Under the pieces are notes generated by a model, which was not told the DNA's origin, did no database searches, and was given only the letters and a program-made list of their open reading frames with translations. Positions 1 through 7,715 of a DNA stretch of 35,330 nt are shown here, in pieces; positions within the stretch are counted from its first letter, which is position 1, and each line of letters begins with the position of its first letter. A program made the translations under genes and the position numbers. This DNA is from Candidatus Omnitrophota bacterium (lineage in GTDB: Bacteria > Omnitrophota > Gorgyraeia > Pluralincolimonadales > Pluralincolimonadaceae), in the NCBI GenBank assembly GCA_020061685.1, contig JAGUXU010000124.1:1-35330 (forward strand), in the 5' to 3' direction.

Positions 1-1067
1 CGGTCAGGGACCTGAAGGAGGCGGTCGGTTATTTGAAAGGAAATAATAATATCGAGGCGGAATCCGTCGATATAGAAAGGTTCTGGAAGATATCTTCATC
101 ATCCGGCCTCGATTTCAGCGATGTCAAAGGCCAGTGGCATGTAAAGCGCGGCTTGGAAGTCGCGGCGGCCGGCGGGCACAATGTCTTACTTATCGGCCCG
201 CCCGGCTCGGGAAAGACGATGCTTGCCCAGCGGCTTTCAACGATACTGCCGGAGATATCGTTTGAGGAGGCGCTTGAGACGACAAAGATCCACAGTGTCG
301 CCGGCCTCTTGAACGACCGGAATTTCCTGGTCTCAAGGAGACCATTTAGGATGCCGCATCATACGGTCTCTTACGCTGGGCTGGTCGGGGGAGGCGCTAC
401 CTTAAGGCCGGGAGAGATAAGTTTCGCCCATAACGGCGTCTTGTTCCTTGATGAACTGCCGGAATTCCGCCGCGACGCGTTGGAAGCTATGCGCCAGCCG
501 CTTGAAGACGGCAGCATCAATATCTCAAGGGCATCGGCGGCGCTTAAGTATCCCGCCAAGTTCATGTTGGTCGCCGCGATGAATCCCTGCCCGTGCGGAT
601 ATTTTACGGACCCCAAGAAAGAATGCCACTGCACGCCGCACGACATCCAGCGCTATCTCTCAAAGATATCCGGGCCTCTCCTGGACAGGATAGACATCCA
701 CCTTGAGGTCCCTTCGCTTAAATATAAGGAGCTGTCAAGTAAGAGTTGCGGCGAGAGTTCCGAGTGCATAAGGGAAAGAGTCAATAGGGCAAGGGCGGCC
801 CAAAAAGAGCGGTATAAGGACTTGGGGATATTCTGCAACGCCCACTTAGGCTCAAAGCACCTCGGGAAATTCTGCGACCTTGACAAGGAAGCGGAAGAAC
901 TCTTAAAGCTCGCGATATTAGAACTCGGGCTTAGCGCCAGAGGCTATGACAAGGTCCTTAAGATCGCAAGGACGATAGCCGATCTGGCAGCGAGCGGGAT
1001 GATATCGGCGGAACATATCTCCGAGGCGATAAATTACAGGAGCCTGGACAGGAATCTGGGGTTTTGA
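1..1067 (+). CDS. comM: Mg-chelatase-like AAA+ ATPase, ComM/YifB family (5'-truncated at window edge)
   Basis: The frame of ORF 33..1067 stays open back to base 3 (VRDLKEAVGYLKG...), so the listed TTG is probably internal. Walker A is LLIGPPGSGKT. FLDELPEF is the Walker B-like box, and the C-terminal GLSARGYDKVLKIARTIADL is typical of the ChlI/ComM C-domain. The N-terminal Lon-like domain would lie off-window. Confidence 0.85.
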   Translation, partial: VRDLKEAVGYLKGNNNIEAESVDIERFWKISSSSGLDFSDVKGQWHVKRGLEVAAAGGHNVLLIGPPGSGKTMLAQRLSTILPEISFEEALETTKIHSVAGLLNDRNFLVSRRPFRMPHHTVSYAGLVGGGATLRPGEISFAHNGVLFLDELPEFRRDALEAMRQPLEDGSINISRASAALKYPAKFMLVAAMNPCPCGYFTDPKKECHCTPHDIQRYLSKISGPLLDRIDIHLEVPSLKYKELSSKSCGESSECIRERVNRARAAQKERYKDLGIFCNAHLGSKHLGKFCDLDKEAEELLKLAILELGLSARGYDKVLKIARTIADLAASGMISAEHISEAINYRSLDRNLGF

Positions 1068-1075
1068 AAGACGGC

Positions 1076-1546
1076 TTAGATATGTTTTCCGAAGTCCGCA
1101 ACCTTCGGCTTGACCAGTCTCTCAAAATCCGCGTATTTCATCTTCACGGTGTCTTTGTGCGTGCCGCCGTTGAAGACGATCTCCACGTCTTCCTTCAATA
1201 TTTTATCGGCATAAGTCTCAAGGCCGAAGAGGTTGCCGAAGGGAGGCATGGCGCCGGCCTTGTAGTCGGGTATTACCTTTTCCACTTCTTTCTCGGTCGC
1301 TATCTTTATCGACTTGCATTTCAGCATTCCCTTTAATTTTTTGGTGTCGATAAGATGGATCGCCGGAAGGACAGCCAGGACATATTTGTCGCCGGCCTTT
1401 ACCAATACCGATTTTACGACCTGTTTTCCCGGCACGTCCTGCGCGGCCGCTATCTCCTGTGCGGTATAGGCGAGTTTATGCTTTAGGGCTTTGTATTTTA
1501 CCTTGTTTGAATCCAGGTATTTCTTTAATTTCGCCACGATCGCCAT
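1076..1546 (-). CDS. YbaK/EbsC-type aminoacyl-tRNA deacylase domain protein
   Basis: The 156-aa ORF has the YbaK-like layout (VKSVLVK..DKYVLAVLPA...LD.KKL..., GAMPPFG, VFNGG). A strong SD (AAAGGAGGTG) lies on the minus strand just upstream of the ATG. It is convergent with comM. Confidence 0.7.
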   Translation of the reverse strand: MAIVAKLKKYLDSNKVKYKALKHKLAYTAQEIAAAQDVPGKQVVKSVLVKAGDKYVLAVLPAIHLIDTKKLKGMLKCKSIKIATEKEVEKVIPDYKAGAMPPFGNLFGLETYADKILKEDVEIVFNGGTHKDTVKMKYADFERLVKPKVADFGKHI

Positions 1547-1555
1547 CCTGCACCT

Positions 1556-1678
1556 CCTTTTGTATTTAGACCTCGGCCTACGGCCTCGGTCTGAATTCGC
1601 TCAATCCGTGTTTGCTATCTAGATCTCGGCATATAGCCTCGATCTAAATTCGCTCATCTTAAAACACCAGCGAATTTA
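1556..1678 (-). repeat. Structured tRNA-trailer repeat: module A+B followed by a partial A and a second B hairpin
   Basis: Read on the minus strand directly after the CCA of tRNA-Leu. It runs AAATTCGCT-GGTGTTTTAAGAT-GAGCGAATTT (hairpin A, + coordinates 1646-1677), then AGATCGAGGC-TATAT-GCCGAGATCT (hairpin B, 1621-1645), then a half-A remnant (1593-1615), then AGACCGAGGCC-GTA-GGCCGAGGTCT (hairpin B', 1568-1592). The same module occurs at 4705-4761, 13990-14047 and 14180-14236. Confidence 0.7.
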
Positions 1679-1765
1679 TGGTGCCGAGAGGGGGAGTTGA
1701 ACCCCCAAGAGCTTACGCTCACAACGCCCTGAACGTTGCGTGTTTGCCAATTTCACCATCTCGGC
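1679..1765 (-). tRNA. tRNA-Leu (anticodon CAG), long variable arm, CCA encoded
   Basis: The reverse complement reads GCCGAGATGGTGAAATTGGCAAACACGCAACGTTCAGGGCGTTGTGAGCGTAAGCTCTTGGGGGTTCAACTCCCCCTCTCGGCACCA. The 7-bp acceptor stem is GCCGAGA/TCTCGGC. The anticodon arm is CAACG-TTCAGGG-CGTTG with U33 and G37. The T-arm is GGGGG-TTCAACT-CCCCC. Confidence 0.9.
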
Positions 1766-1769
1766 ATTC

Positions 1770-3839
1770 CTACCCTTTATCAAACCACATCCGGTCGTGA
1801 TACTCCCTTACCATGCGGCAGGTGTTAAAATAATGGCCCTGTATCAGGCAGTTTATCATTAAATCAATCCACTTGGAATTGATATTGATTTTACCTTTTT
1901 CGTCAGTCTCATAATAAAGTTTGACGAGTTTTTCGAGGGAATTATAGAGTTCGGCCGAATCGGACTCAAGACGAAGGTCGAGTTCGTTGCCGATGGGTTC
2001 GCCGGATTTGTGCCTATAGCCGAATATCTCGCCTATGCCGGCGTCAGCCGCCTCGACTACCCAGCCGTCAAGTGTGCTCAATTGCGGGACGCCGTTTAAT
2101 ATGGCCTTCATCCCGCTTGTCCCCGAGGCCTCAAAAGGGGGAAGGGGGTTATTGAGCCATACATCTACCGAGTTAGTGAGCAGTTTACCGAAAAATATGT
2201 CGTAATTTTCAAGCATGACGATTCTTAGGACCGAACTCTGGCTTCCCAAGGCGTCTATAGTGTTCATTATCTCGTTTATGAAAGTGCCGACTAGACTGTC
2301 GTTCGGATGCGCTTTTCCCGCGATGAATAACTGGATGGGACCCGTCTTTTTGGCGATCTCGACCAAGCGGTGCGGGTCCTTGAAGATGAGGCTGGGCCTC
2401 TTATAACCGGCTATCCTTCTTGCCCAACAGAGAGTAAAGACATCTTCCTTGATGCCCCAATTTTCAAAGATGGATTTAAGCTGCCGTTTATTGGCCTGAT
2501 GGGCATTCCACAGGTCGAGGCGGAATTGTTCGTTAGCCCTTAATGCCTCCAGTTTCTTCGGCCCTTCGTCTTCGAAGCATACGCCGGTCTTTACGCCGTA
2601 TTTTTGAAGCACCGAATCGATGTCTTTCGATATCCACGTCGGGATATGGACGCCGTTTGTTATGGATTGTATCTTCCCGGCGTATTGCGGGAATTGTAAG
2701 CGCGTCACCTCCCCGTGTTTTTTCGCCACGGCGTTTACGTGTTTACAAAGGTTCATCAACAGGACCGTGAAATTAGCGGTGTCGCCGTTCTCGAGGCCGT
2801 TATCCCTGATGAATTCAAGGTTTTTATCCGGAAGTATCTTTCCGAGCTCTTTGATCGGGAACCGGTCATGGCCGGCGGCAACAGGCGTGTGGCAGGTATA
2901 AATAAAATTATTCCCTATGGATTTCAGCTCGTCTTTCCCGAGCTCACCGGCCTTCTCGACGAGCGCCATAGCGGCATGGCCTTCGTTCAAATGGTACCTG
3001 TCGATACTGTAGCCGAGCGCCTCAAGGGCCTTCACGCCTCCCGCCCCCAAGATCAGGCGCTGCATTATTTTTATGTAGGCGTTATCGCTCCTGTAAAGCT
3101 GGTCTGTCAGTCTTCTCGATTCCTGTTTGTTCTCCTCCAGGTTCGAGTCCAGAAGGATCAGCGGGACTGCATGGCCCTTGTCGGAACTGTATATGTAATA
3201 TTTCCAAAGCCTTAGATGCAGATCCTGGTCTTTGAGCCGGAGCTTTATGATCGTGTCTAAAGGGACGAGGCCCGGATAGGTATAAGGGTCCCAGTTAAGC
3301 TCTTCAGGCACCTGCCCGTCCTTAAACCAGAAATTTTGCTTAAAGTAGCCCTTTCTCCACAGGATCCCGATGCCGGTAAGCGAGACCTTCAGGTCAGCCG
3401 ACGATTTCAGCGTATCGCCGGCAAGCACGCCCAGGCCGCCGCTGTAAATAGGCAAGTCGATGATCTTGCTGTCTATCTGGAAACCGAAGTAATAATCCCG
3501 TATCCGCATATTTGAGAATATATTCTGTTTCGGAAGATTGTTCGATTCGGAGACGGGTTTATCGGAATGAAAAGAATTATAAAAACTGGTCGCAAGGCCG
3601 TATTCCATGGAGAAATAGGCGACCGAAGGGGTTTCTTTCGCGAGCAATTTCCTCTCGGTTTCGACAACAGTCTGGAGCGGGAAGCCGAAGAACGATCCGG
3701 AGGTTATATCCTGAGCGTAGCCTTCCGCGAAACGGTGGACTTTTACGAGAGTATGAAATTCTTTTAAGTAGTCTTCCATATTTGACTTCTTTACAAAACT
3801 TAATAAATTATACAGATTATCGACGTGATTTGCAACCAT
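1770..3839 (-). CDS. glgP: alpha-glucan (glycogen/maltodextrin) phosphorylase, GT35 family
   Basis: The 689-aa ORF carries VAYFSMEYGL, GGLGVLAGD, LNEGHAA, TNGVH..W and the PLP-lysine box EASGTSGMK. These are characteristic of the short bacterial/archaeal alpha-glucan phosphorylase subfamily. Confidence 0.9.
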   Translation of the reverse strand: MVANHVDNLYNLLSFVKKSNMEDYLKEFHTLVKVHRFAEGYAQDITSGSFFGFPLQTVVETERKLLAKETPSVAYFSMEYGLATSFYNSFHSDKPVSESNNLPKQNIFSNMRIRDYYFGFQIDSKIIDLPIYSGGLGVLAGDTLKSSADLKVSLTGIGILWRKGYFKQNFWFKDGQVPEELNWDPYTYPGLVPLDTIIKLRLKDQDLHLRLWKYYIYSSDKGHAVPLILLDSNLEENKQESRRLTDQLYRSDNAYIKIMQRLILGAGGVKALEALGYSIDRYHLNEGHAAMALVEKAGELGKDELKSIGNNFIYTCHTPVAAGHDRFPIKELGKILPDKNLEFIRDNGLENGDTANFTVLLMNLCKHVNAVAKKHGEVTRLQFPQYAGKIQSITNGVHIPTWISKDIDSVLQKYGVKTGVCFEDEGPKKLEALRANEQFRLDLWNAHQANKRQLKSIFENWGIKEDVFTLCWARRIAGYKRPSLIFKDPHRLVEIAKKTGPIQLFIAGKAHPNDSLVGTFINEIMNTIDALGSQSSVLRIVMLENYDIFFGKLLTNSVDVWLNNPLPPFEASGTSGMKAILNGVPQLSTLDGWVVEAADAGIGEIFGYRHKSGEPIGNELDLRLESDSAELYNSLEKLVKLYYETDEKGKININSKWIDLMINCLIQGHYFNTCRMVREYHDRMWFDKG

Positions 3840-3860
3840 AAAAGTAGGGCGAAGGGGAGA

Positions 3861-3889
3861 TTGATTTATATCCGGCTATATGTTATATT
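3861..3889 (+). promoter_or_regulatory. sigma70-like promoter TTGATT-N17-TATATT upstream of smpB
   Basis: The -35 TTGATT is at 3861-3866 and the -10 TATATT at 3884-3889, with a 17-nt spacer. The smpB ATG at 3902 is only 12 nt past the -10 and has no SD, implying a very short or absent leader. Confidence 0.4.
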
Positions 3890-3901
3890 ATATGGGCAAA
3901 A

Positions 3902-4354
3902 ATGGCAGAGGAAACAGTAGCCACAAATAAGGAAGCTTGGCATAATTACCATATTCTCGAGTCGGTAGAGGCCGGAATCGAGCTGGAAGGGGCCGAGGTA
4001 AAGTCCTTAAGGGACCACAAGGCGAATTTAAAAGACAGCTTTGCCAGAATAGAAGGAAATGAGATTTACCTGTACAATATGCACATCTCGCCGTATCCCC
4101 AGGCGGGGAGGTTTAACCCCGACCCGAAGAGGCGGCGTAAACTTTTATTACATAAGGCGGAGATAAAAAGACTGTTCGGGCAATTGACTCAAAAGGGCCT
4201 GACGCTGATACCGCTGAAGGTTTATTTCAAGAGGGGGTTAGCGAAGGTAGAAATTGCCCTGGCGAAGGGCAAGAGGCTCTATGACAAACGCGAAGATATA
4301 AAGCGCCGCGACAGCGACAGGGAATTACGGCGCGAACTTCGTAATAAAGAATAG
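3902..4354 (+). CDS. smpB: SsrA-binding protein SmpB
   Basis: The 150-aa ORF shows N(K/R)xAxHxYxI, GIEL.G.EVKS.R, and a basic C-terminal tail ([17 protein letters not shown]). It lies immediately upstream of the tmRNA gene. Confidence 0.95.
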   Translation: MAEETVATNKEAWHNYHILESVEAGIELEGAEVKSLRDHKANLKDSFARIEGNEIYLYNMHISPYPQAGRFNPDPKRRRKLLLHKAEIKRLFGQLTQKGLTLIPLKVYFKRGLAKVEIALAKGKRLYDKREDIKRRDSDRELRRELRNKE

Positions 4355-4703
4355 GGGGCGAAAGGCTTCGACTTAAGAAGCTGGGTAAGAGTTGCATGCC
4401 GAGGGTGTCAGGCGGCCTCGTTAAAACCTGGCGACAAAGTTAAACGCGAATGAACTCGCGCTAGCTGCTTAATTAAGCAGCACGTCCTCCGGTCTTGCCT
4501 GTGAGGCCGGATGTGACGCCGCAACAGGCTGGTCCTGCTGTTTCGCCTTTAAGCGGCGGGATGAGATCATTTAAAGGCTAGTCCTTGCGGAAGCGGACCT
4601 GCTTACGCGGCCTCAAGGGCGAATGACAAATTGCAGGAAAAGCATGTAGTAGCTCTTATCGGGTGACTTAAGGACCGGGGTTCGAATCCCCGCGCCTCCA
4701 CCA
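4354..4703 (+). ncRNA. ssrA: tmRNA (SsrA), predicted tag ending ...ANELALAA
   Basis: The 5' GGGGGCG pairs with the 3' CGCCTCC-A-CCA, giving the G3:U alanine identity pair. The tRNA-like T-arm is GGGGTTCGAATCCCC. An internal ORF runs GCG ACA AAG TTA AAC GCG AAT GAA CTC GCG CTA GCT GCT TAA (4431-4472), preceded by an in-frame TAA. The resume codon is uncertain; the LALAA end is clear. Confidence 0.9.
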
Positions 4704-4704
4704 T

Positions 4705-4761
4705 GAATTCGCTGGTGTTTTAAGATAAGCGAATTCAAATCGAGGCCGAAGGCCGAGATTT
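4705..4761 (+). repeat. Structured trailer repeat (hairpin A + hairpin B) directly 3' of tmRNA
   Basis: Hairpin A is GAATTCGCT-GGTGTTTTAAGAT-AAGCGAATTC (4705-4736). Hairpin B is AAATCGAGGCC-GAA-GGCCGAGATTT (4737-4761) with the tandem G.A/A.G internal mismatch. It starts 2 nt after the CCA end. Confidence 0.7.
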
Positions 4762-4779
4762 CTGACAGGGGAGAGGGAT

Positions 4780-5886
4780 ATCAAGAGGATACCGTTAATA
4801 TTACTTGCCGCGGCCTTGCTGTTTACGGCGGGATGCGCGACCGTTCCGCGCAAGGGAGCCGGCAGAGAGGCGCTGTCTTCCCAGACGGTAAAGATAGTCG
4901 GTAAAGATTATCTGCCCGTGACCGTCGTGGCGATGTACTATCAGATGAAGTGGGATTGGGACCCTATCGCCAGGAGGGTGGAACTCATCAAGGGCGGCGA
5001 TCTTCTCGCCTTTTACGTGGGAATGGAATACGCGGTAGTAAACCGAAGGCCGGAAAAGCTCAGCTCTCCCGTGGTATTTTATGAAGGGGCCGTAGCGATA
5101 CCCGCCGATTTCGCGATAGATAGGATAACCAAGATCCTGGGCCCGCCTCAGGCAACGGCAAGACATCCGTCGCAGCTTATGCAAAAATACGCCTTCAGGA
5201 AAGTGGTCATCGACGCGGGGCACGGCGGGATGGACCCTGGAGCGATAGGCAAAAGCGGCCTAAAGGAAAAAGACGTCACTTTGGATATCGCGCGCCGCCT
5301 GAAAGAAGAATTGAGGGATAGCGGCATAGACGTGGTCCTGACCAGAGACAGGGATAAGTTCGTATCTTTAAGCGGAAGGACGCAGATAGCCAACGATAAC
5401 GACGTGGATTTTTTCATAAGCATCCACGCGAACGCCAACAGGTCGAGGAGCGTAAGGGGATTTGAGGTCTATTATTTATCCAACGCGGTAGACGATACGG
5501 CCCGCGCCGCGGAAGCGGCGGAGAACTCATTCCTGAAAATAGATGATTCGTCTTTCTATGTCCGCAGCACAGACCTTGAAGCGACGGTCTGGGACCTCGT
5601 TTATACGGAGAACCGCGAGGAATCCATCGAACTCGGAAAATATATAAGCAGGTCCGTAGATAGCGGGACTTCGTTAAATTGCCGCGGCATAAAAGGCGCG
5701 AGGTTCTATGTATTAAAGGGCGTGCAGATGCCGGCGGTATTGATAGAGGTAGGATATATCTCCAATCCCACGGAGGAACAGTGCTTCAAATCCGCCTCCT
5801 ACAGGCAGGCGGTGGCGTCCGCGATAGCAAAAGGGATACTGAATTATAAAAAAGTATATGAATCTACAGACGGATTTACCAGATGA
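4780..5886 (+). CDS. N-acetylmuramoyl-L-alanine amidase (Amidase_3, AmiC-like), probable lipoprotein
   Basis: The catalytic domain shows VVIDAGHGGMDPGA, ISIHANA and GARFYVLKG..MPAVLIEVGYISN. The track ORF starts at TTG 4816 (MLFTAGC...). The frame is open from 4729 and encodes (I)KRIPLILLAAALLFTAGC, a lipoprotein-type signal, from ATC 4780 just downstream of GGGGAGAGGG. The 5' end is therefore uncertain (4780 or 4816). Confidence 0.85.
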   Translation: MKRIPLILLAAALLFTAGCATVPRKGAGREALSSQTVKIVGKDYLPVTVVAMYYQMKWDWDPIARRVELIKGGDLLAFYVGMEYAVVNRRPEKLSSPVVFYEGAVAIPADFAIDRITKILGPPQATARHPSQLMQKYAFRKVVIDAGHGGMDPGAIGKSGLKEKDVTLDIARRLKEELRDSGIDVVLTRDRDKFVSLSGRTQIANDNDVDFFISIHANANRSRSVRGFEVYYLSNAVDDTARAAEAAENSFLKIDDSSFYVRSTDLEATVWDLVYTENREESIELGKYISRSVDSGTSLNCRGIKGARFYVLKGVQMPAVLIEVGYISNPTEEQCFKSASYRQAVASAIAKGILNYKKVYESTDGFTR

Positions 5887-6683
5887 GGAATAGTCCGATA
5901 GGCGTCTTTGATTCCGGTGTGGGCGGGCTGACGGTCGTAAAGGAACTTACCAGGGAGATGCCCAATGAGGATATAGTCTATTTCGGGGATACCGCGCGTG
6001 TCCCTTACGGGACCAAGTCCGCCTCGACGATACAGAAGTTCTCCATTCAGAATGTATTGTTCCTCCTTAAGCGTAATGTAAAATTGATAATCATCGCCTG
6101 CAATACCTCTTCGGCTATCGGCTTGCCGTTCCTGTCGAAGTATTTCAGCATACCGATAATCGGCGTTATAAAACCGGGCGCAAAGGCGGCTGTCCGGTCG
6201 ACGAGGAACGGCAGGATAGGCGTCATAGGGACAAGCGCCACCGTCTTAAGCGGCGCTTATGATAAAGAGATAAAGGCGCTTAATTCCGGTATAAAAGTTT
6301 ACAGCGGCAGTTGCCCTTTGTTCGTTCCTCTGGCCGAGGAGGGATGGGCGAATGACGGCATCGTCGACGTCGTCGCCAGAAAATATCTGGCGGCGTTTAA
6401 AGGCAGGAACATAGATACCCTGATCATGGGTTGTACGCATTATCCGCTCTTGAGGTCCTCCATCAGGCGCGTGATGGGGAAAGGCGTAAAACTTATCGAT
6501 TCCGCGGAGGAGACCGCCAAAGAAGCAAGGGGCCTTCTGGAAGAATGCGGACTGAAGTCGGCGGCGCGAAGGAAGAACAGGTCAAAATTTTACGTAAGCG
6601 ACGCACCGGACAAATTCAGGGCTGTCGCGAGGCGGTTTTTGGGCAGGGACGCGCAGGCGGTGGAGAGGGTCGACGATGTTTGA
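5883..6683 (+). CDS. murI: glutamate racemase
   Basis: The ORF shows IGVFDSGVGGLTV, IIACNTSS and GCTHYPLL, which include the two catalytic Cys boxes of MurI. It has a 4-nt ATGA overlap with the amidase gene. Confidence 0.92.
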   Translation: MRNSPIGVFDSGVGGLTVVKELTREMPNEDIVYFGDTARVPYGTKSASTIQKFSIQNVLFLLKRNVKLIIIACNTSSAIGLPFLSKYFSIPIIGVIKPGAKAAVRSTRNGRIGVIGTSATVLSGAYDKEIKALNSGIKVYSGSCPLFVPLAEEGWANDGIVDVVARKYLAAFKGRNIDTLIMGCTHYPLLRSSIRRVMGKGVKLIDSAEETAKEARGLLEECGLKSAARRKNRSKFYVSDAPDKFRAVARRFLGRDAQAVERVDDV

Positions 6684-7044
6684 GGTATCCGTAAGGGAGA
6701 GTTTTAGCGGCGCGCACAGGCTTAAAGGTTATCGCGGAAAATGTGAGAATATCCACGGGCATAATTGGGATGTCGAGGTATCTATCGGGACAGAGGGGCT
6801 CGACAGGCAGGGCATCTCGATAGATTTCAGGTCGTTGAGACGTAAATTAAAGCATGTCCTTGCCGCGCTGGACCACCGCGACCTGAACAAGCTCGCGTTT
6901 TTCAGGAAGAACAATCCTTCCGCCGAGAATATCGCCAGATATATTTACATAAAATTGAAGGGGGCGGTCGGTCTAAAAGGGGCCTGTCTGAGGCGCGTCA
7001 GCGTCTGGGAGACGAAGGATTCCCGCGCCGTATATTTTGAATGA
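6676..7044 (+). CDS. queD: 6-carboxy-5,6,7,8-tetrahydropterin synthase
   Basis: The 122-aa ORF shows FSGAHRL...C.N.HGHNW and a PTPS fold-sized protein. It is followed by queC and queE. Confidence 0.9.
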   Translation: MFEVSVRESFSGAHRLKGYRGKCENIHGHNWDVEVSIGTEGLDRQGISIDFRSLRRKLKHVLAALDHRDLNKLAFFRKNNPSAENIARYIYIKLKGAVGLKGACLRRVSVWETKDSRAVYFE

Positions 7045-7715
7045 GGAAAAAGGCGGTCGTATTGCTTTCGGGCGGCCTGGACTCGGCAACAGCGTTGTAT
7101 TACGCGAAGTCAAAGGGTTATGATTGTAAATGCCTGATCTTTGAGTACGGTCAACGGCACAAGAAAGAGGTAGAGAGCGCCTGGAAAATAGCGCGTTCCT
7201 GCGGCGCCGAATACCAGGTCATCAAGATCGATCTGCCATGGAAAGGCAGCGCCCTTTTGGACAGCAAGATGCCGATCCCGAGAGGCAGGAGTCCGCGCCG
7301 GATCAAGAGCGGGATACCGGACACCTATGTTCCCGCGAGGAACACGATATTTTTAAGTTTTGCCGCCTCGTATGCCGAGGCGACGGGCGCCGAGGCGATA
7401 TTTATAGGGGCCAACGCCGTTGATTTCAGCGGATATCCGGATTGCCGCCCTGAATATTATGAGGCGTTCAGGAGATCGATCAGGCTCGGCACGAAAGCGG
7501 GAGTGGAAGGCAGAACTATCAGGATAGTTACGCCGTTGATAGACAAGACGAAAGCCCAGATAATCAGGATGGGGATGAGATTAAATGTCCCTTACCGGTA
7601 TACATGGTCGTGTTATATCGGAGGGAAACGCCCATGCCTTAGATGCGACTCATGCATATTAAGGGCGAAGGGTTTTAAGGAGGCTGGTTTGACCGATCCG
7701 TTAAGCAGGACATGA
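7041..7715 (+). CDS. queC: 7-cyano-7-deazaguanine synthase
   Basis: It has the PP-loop AVVLLSGGLDS and the C-terminal Zn cysteines (WSCY...C.RCDSC..R). It has a 4-nt overlap with queD. Confidence 0.92.
   Translation: MRKKAVVLLSGGLDSATALYYAKSKGYDCKCLIFEYGQRHKKEVESAWKIARSCGAEYQVIKIDLPWKGSALLDSKMPIPRGRSPRRIKSGIPDTYVPARNTIFLSFAASYAEATGAEAIFIGANAVDFSGYPDCRPEYYEAFRRSIRLGTKAGVEGRTIRIVTPLIDKTKAQIIRMGMRLNVPYRYTWSCYIGGKRPCLRCDSCILRAKGFKEAGLTDPLSRT

Noticed and set aside
2215-3841. Several plus-strand ORFs (63-166 aa) inside the glgP locus.
   Set aside because: All are antisense to a full-length, motif-rich GT35 phosphorylase ORF. Their compositions are Arg/Ser/Pro-biased, as expected for antisense frames.
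4668-5223. Minus-strand ORFs 4668..4853 and 4801..5223.
   Set aside because: They overlap the tmRNA 3' end, the trailer repeat and the amidase gene. They have no motifs, and the plus-strand features explain the region.
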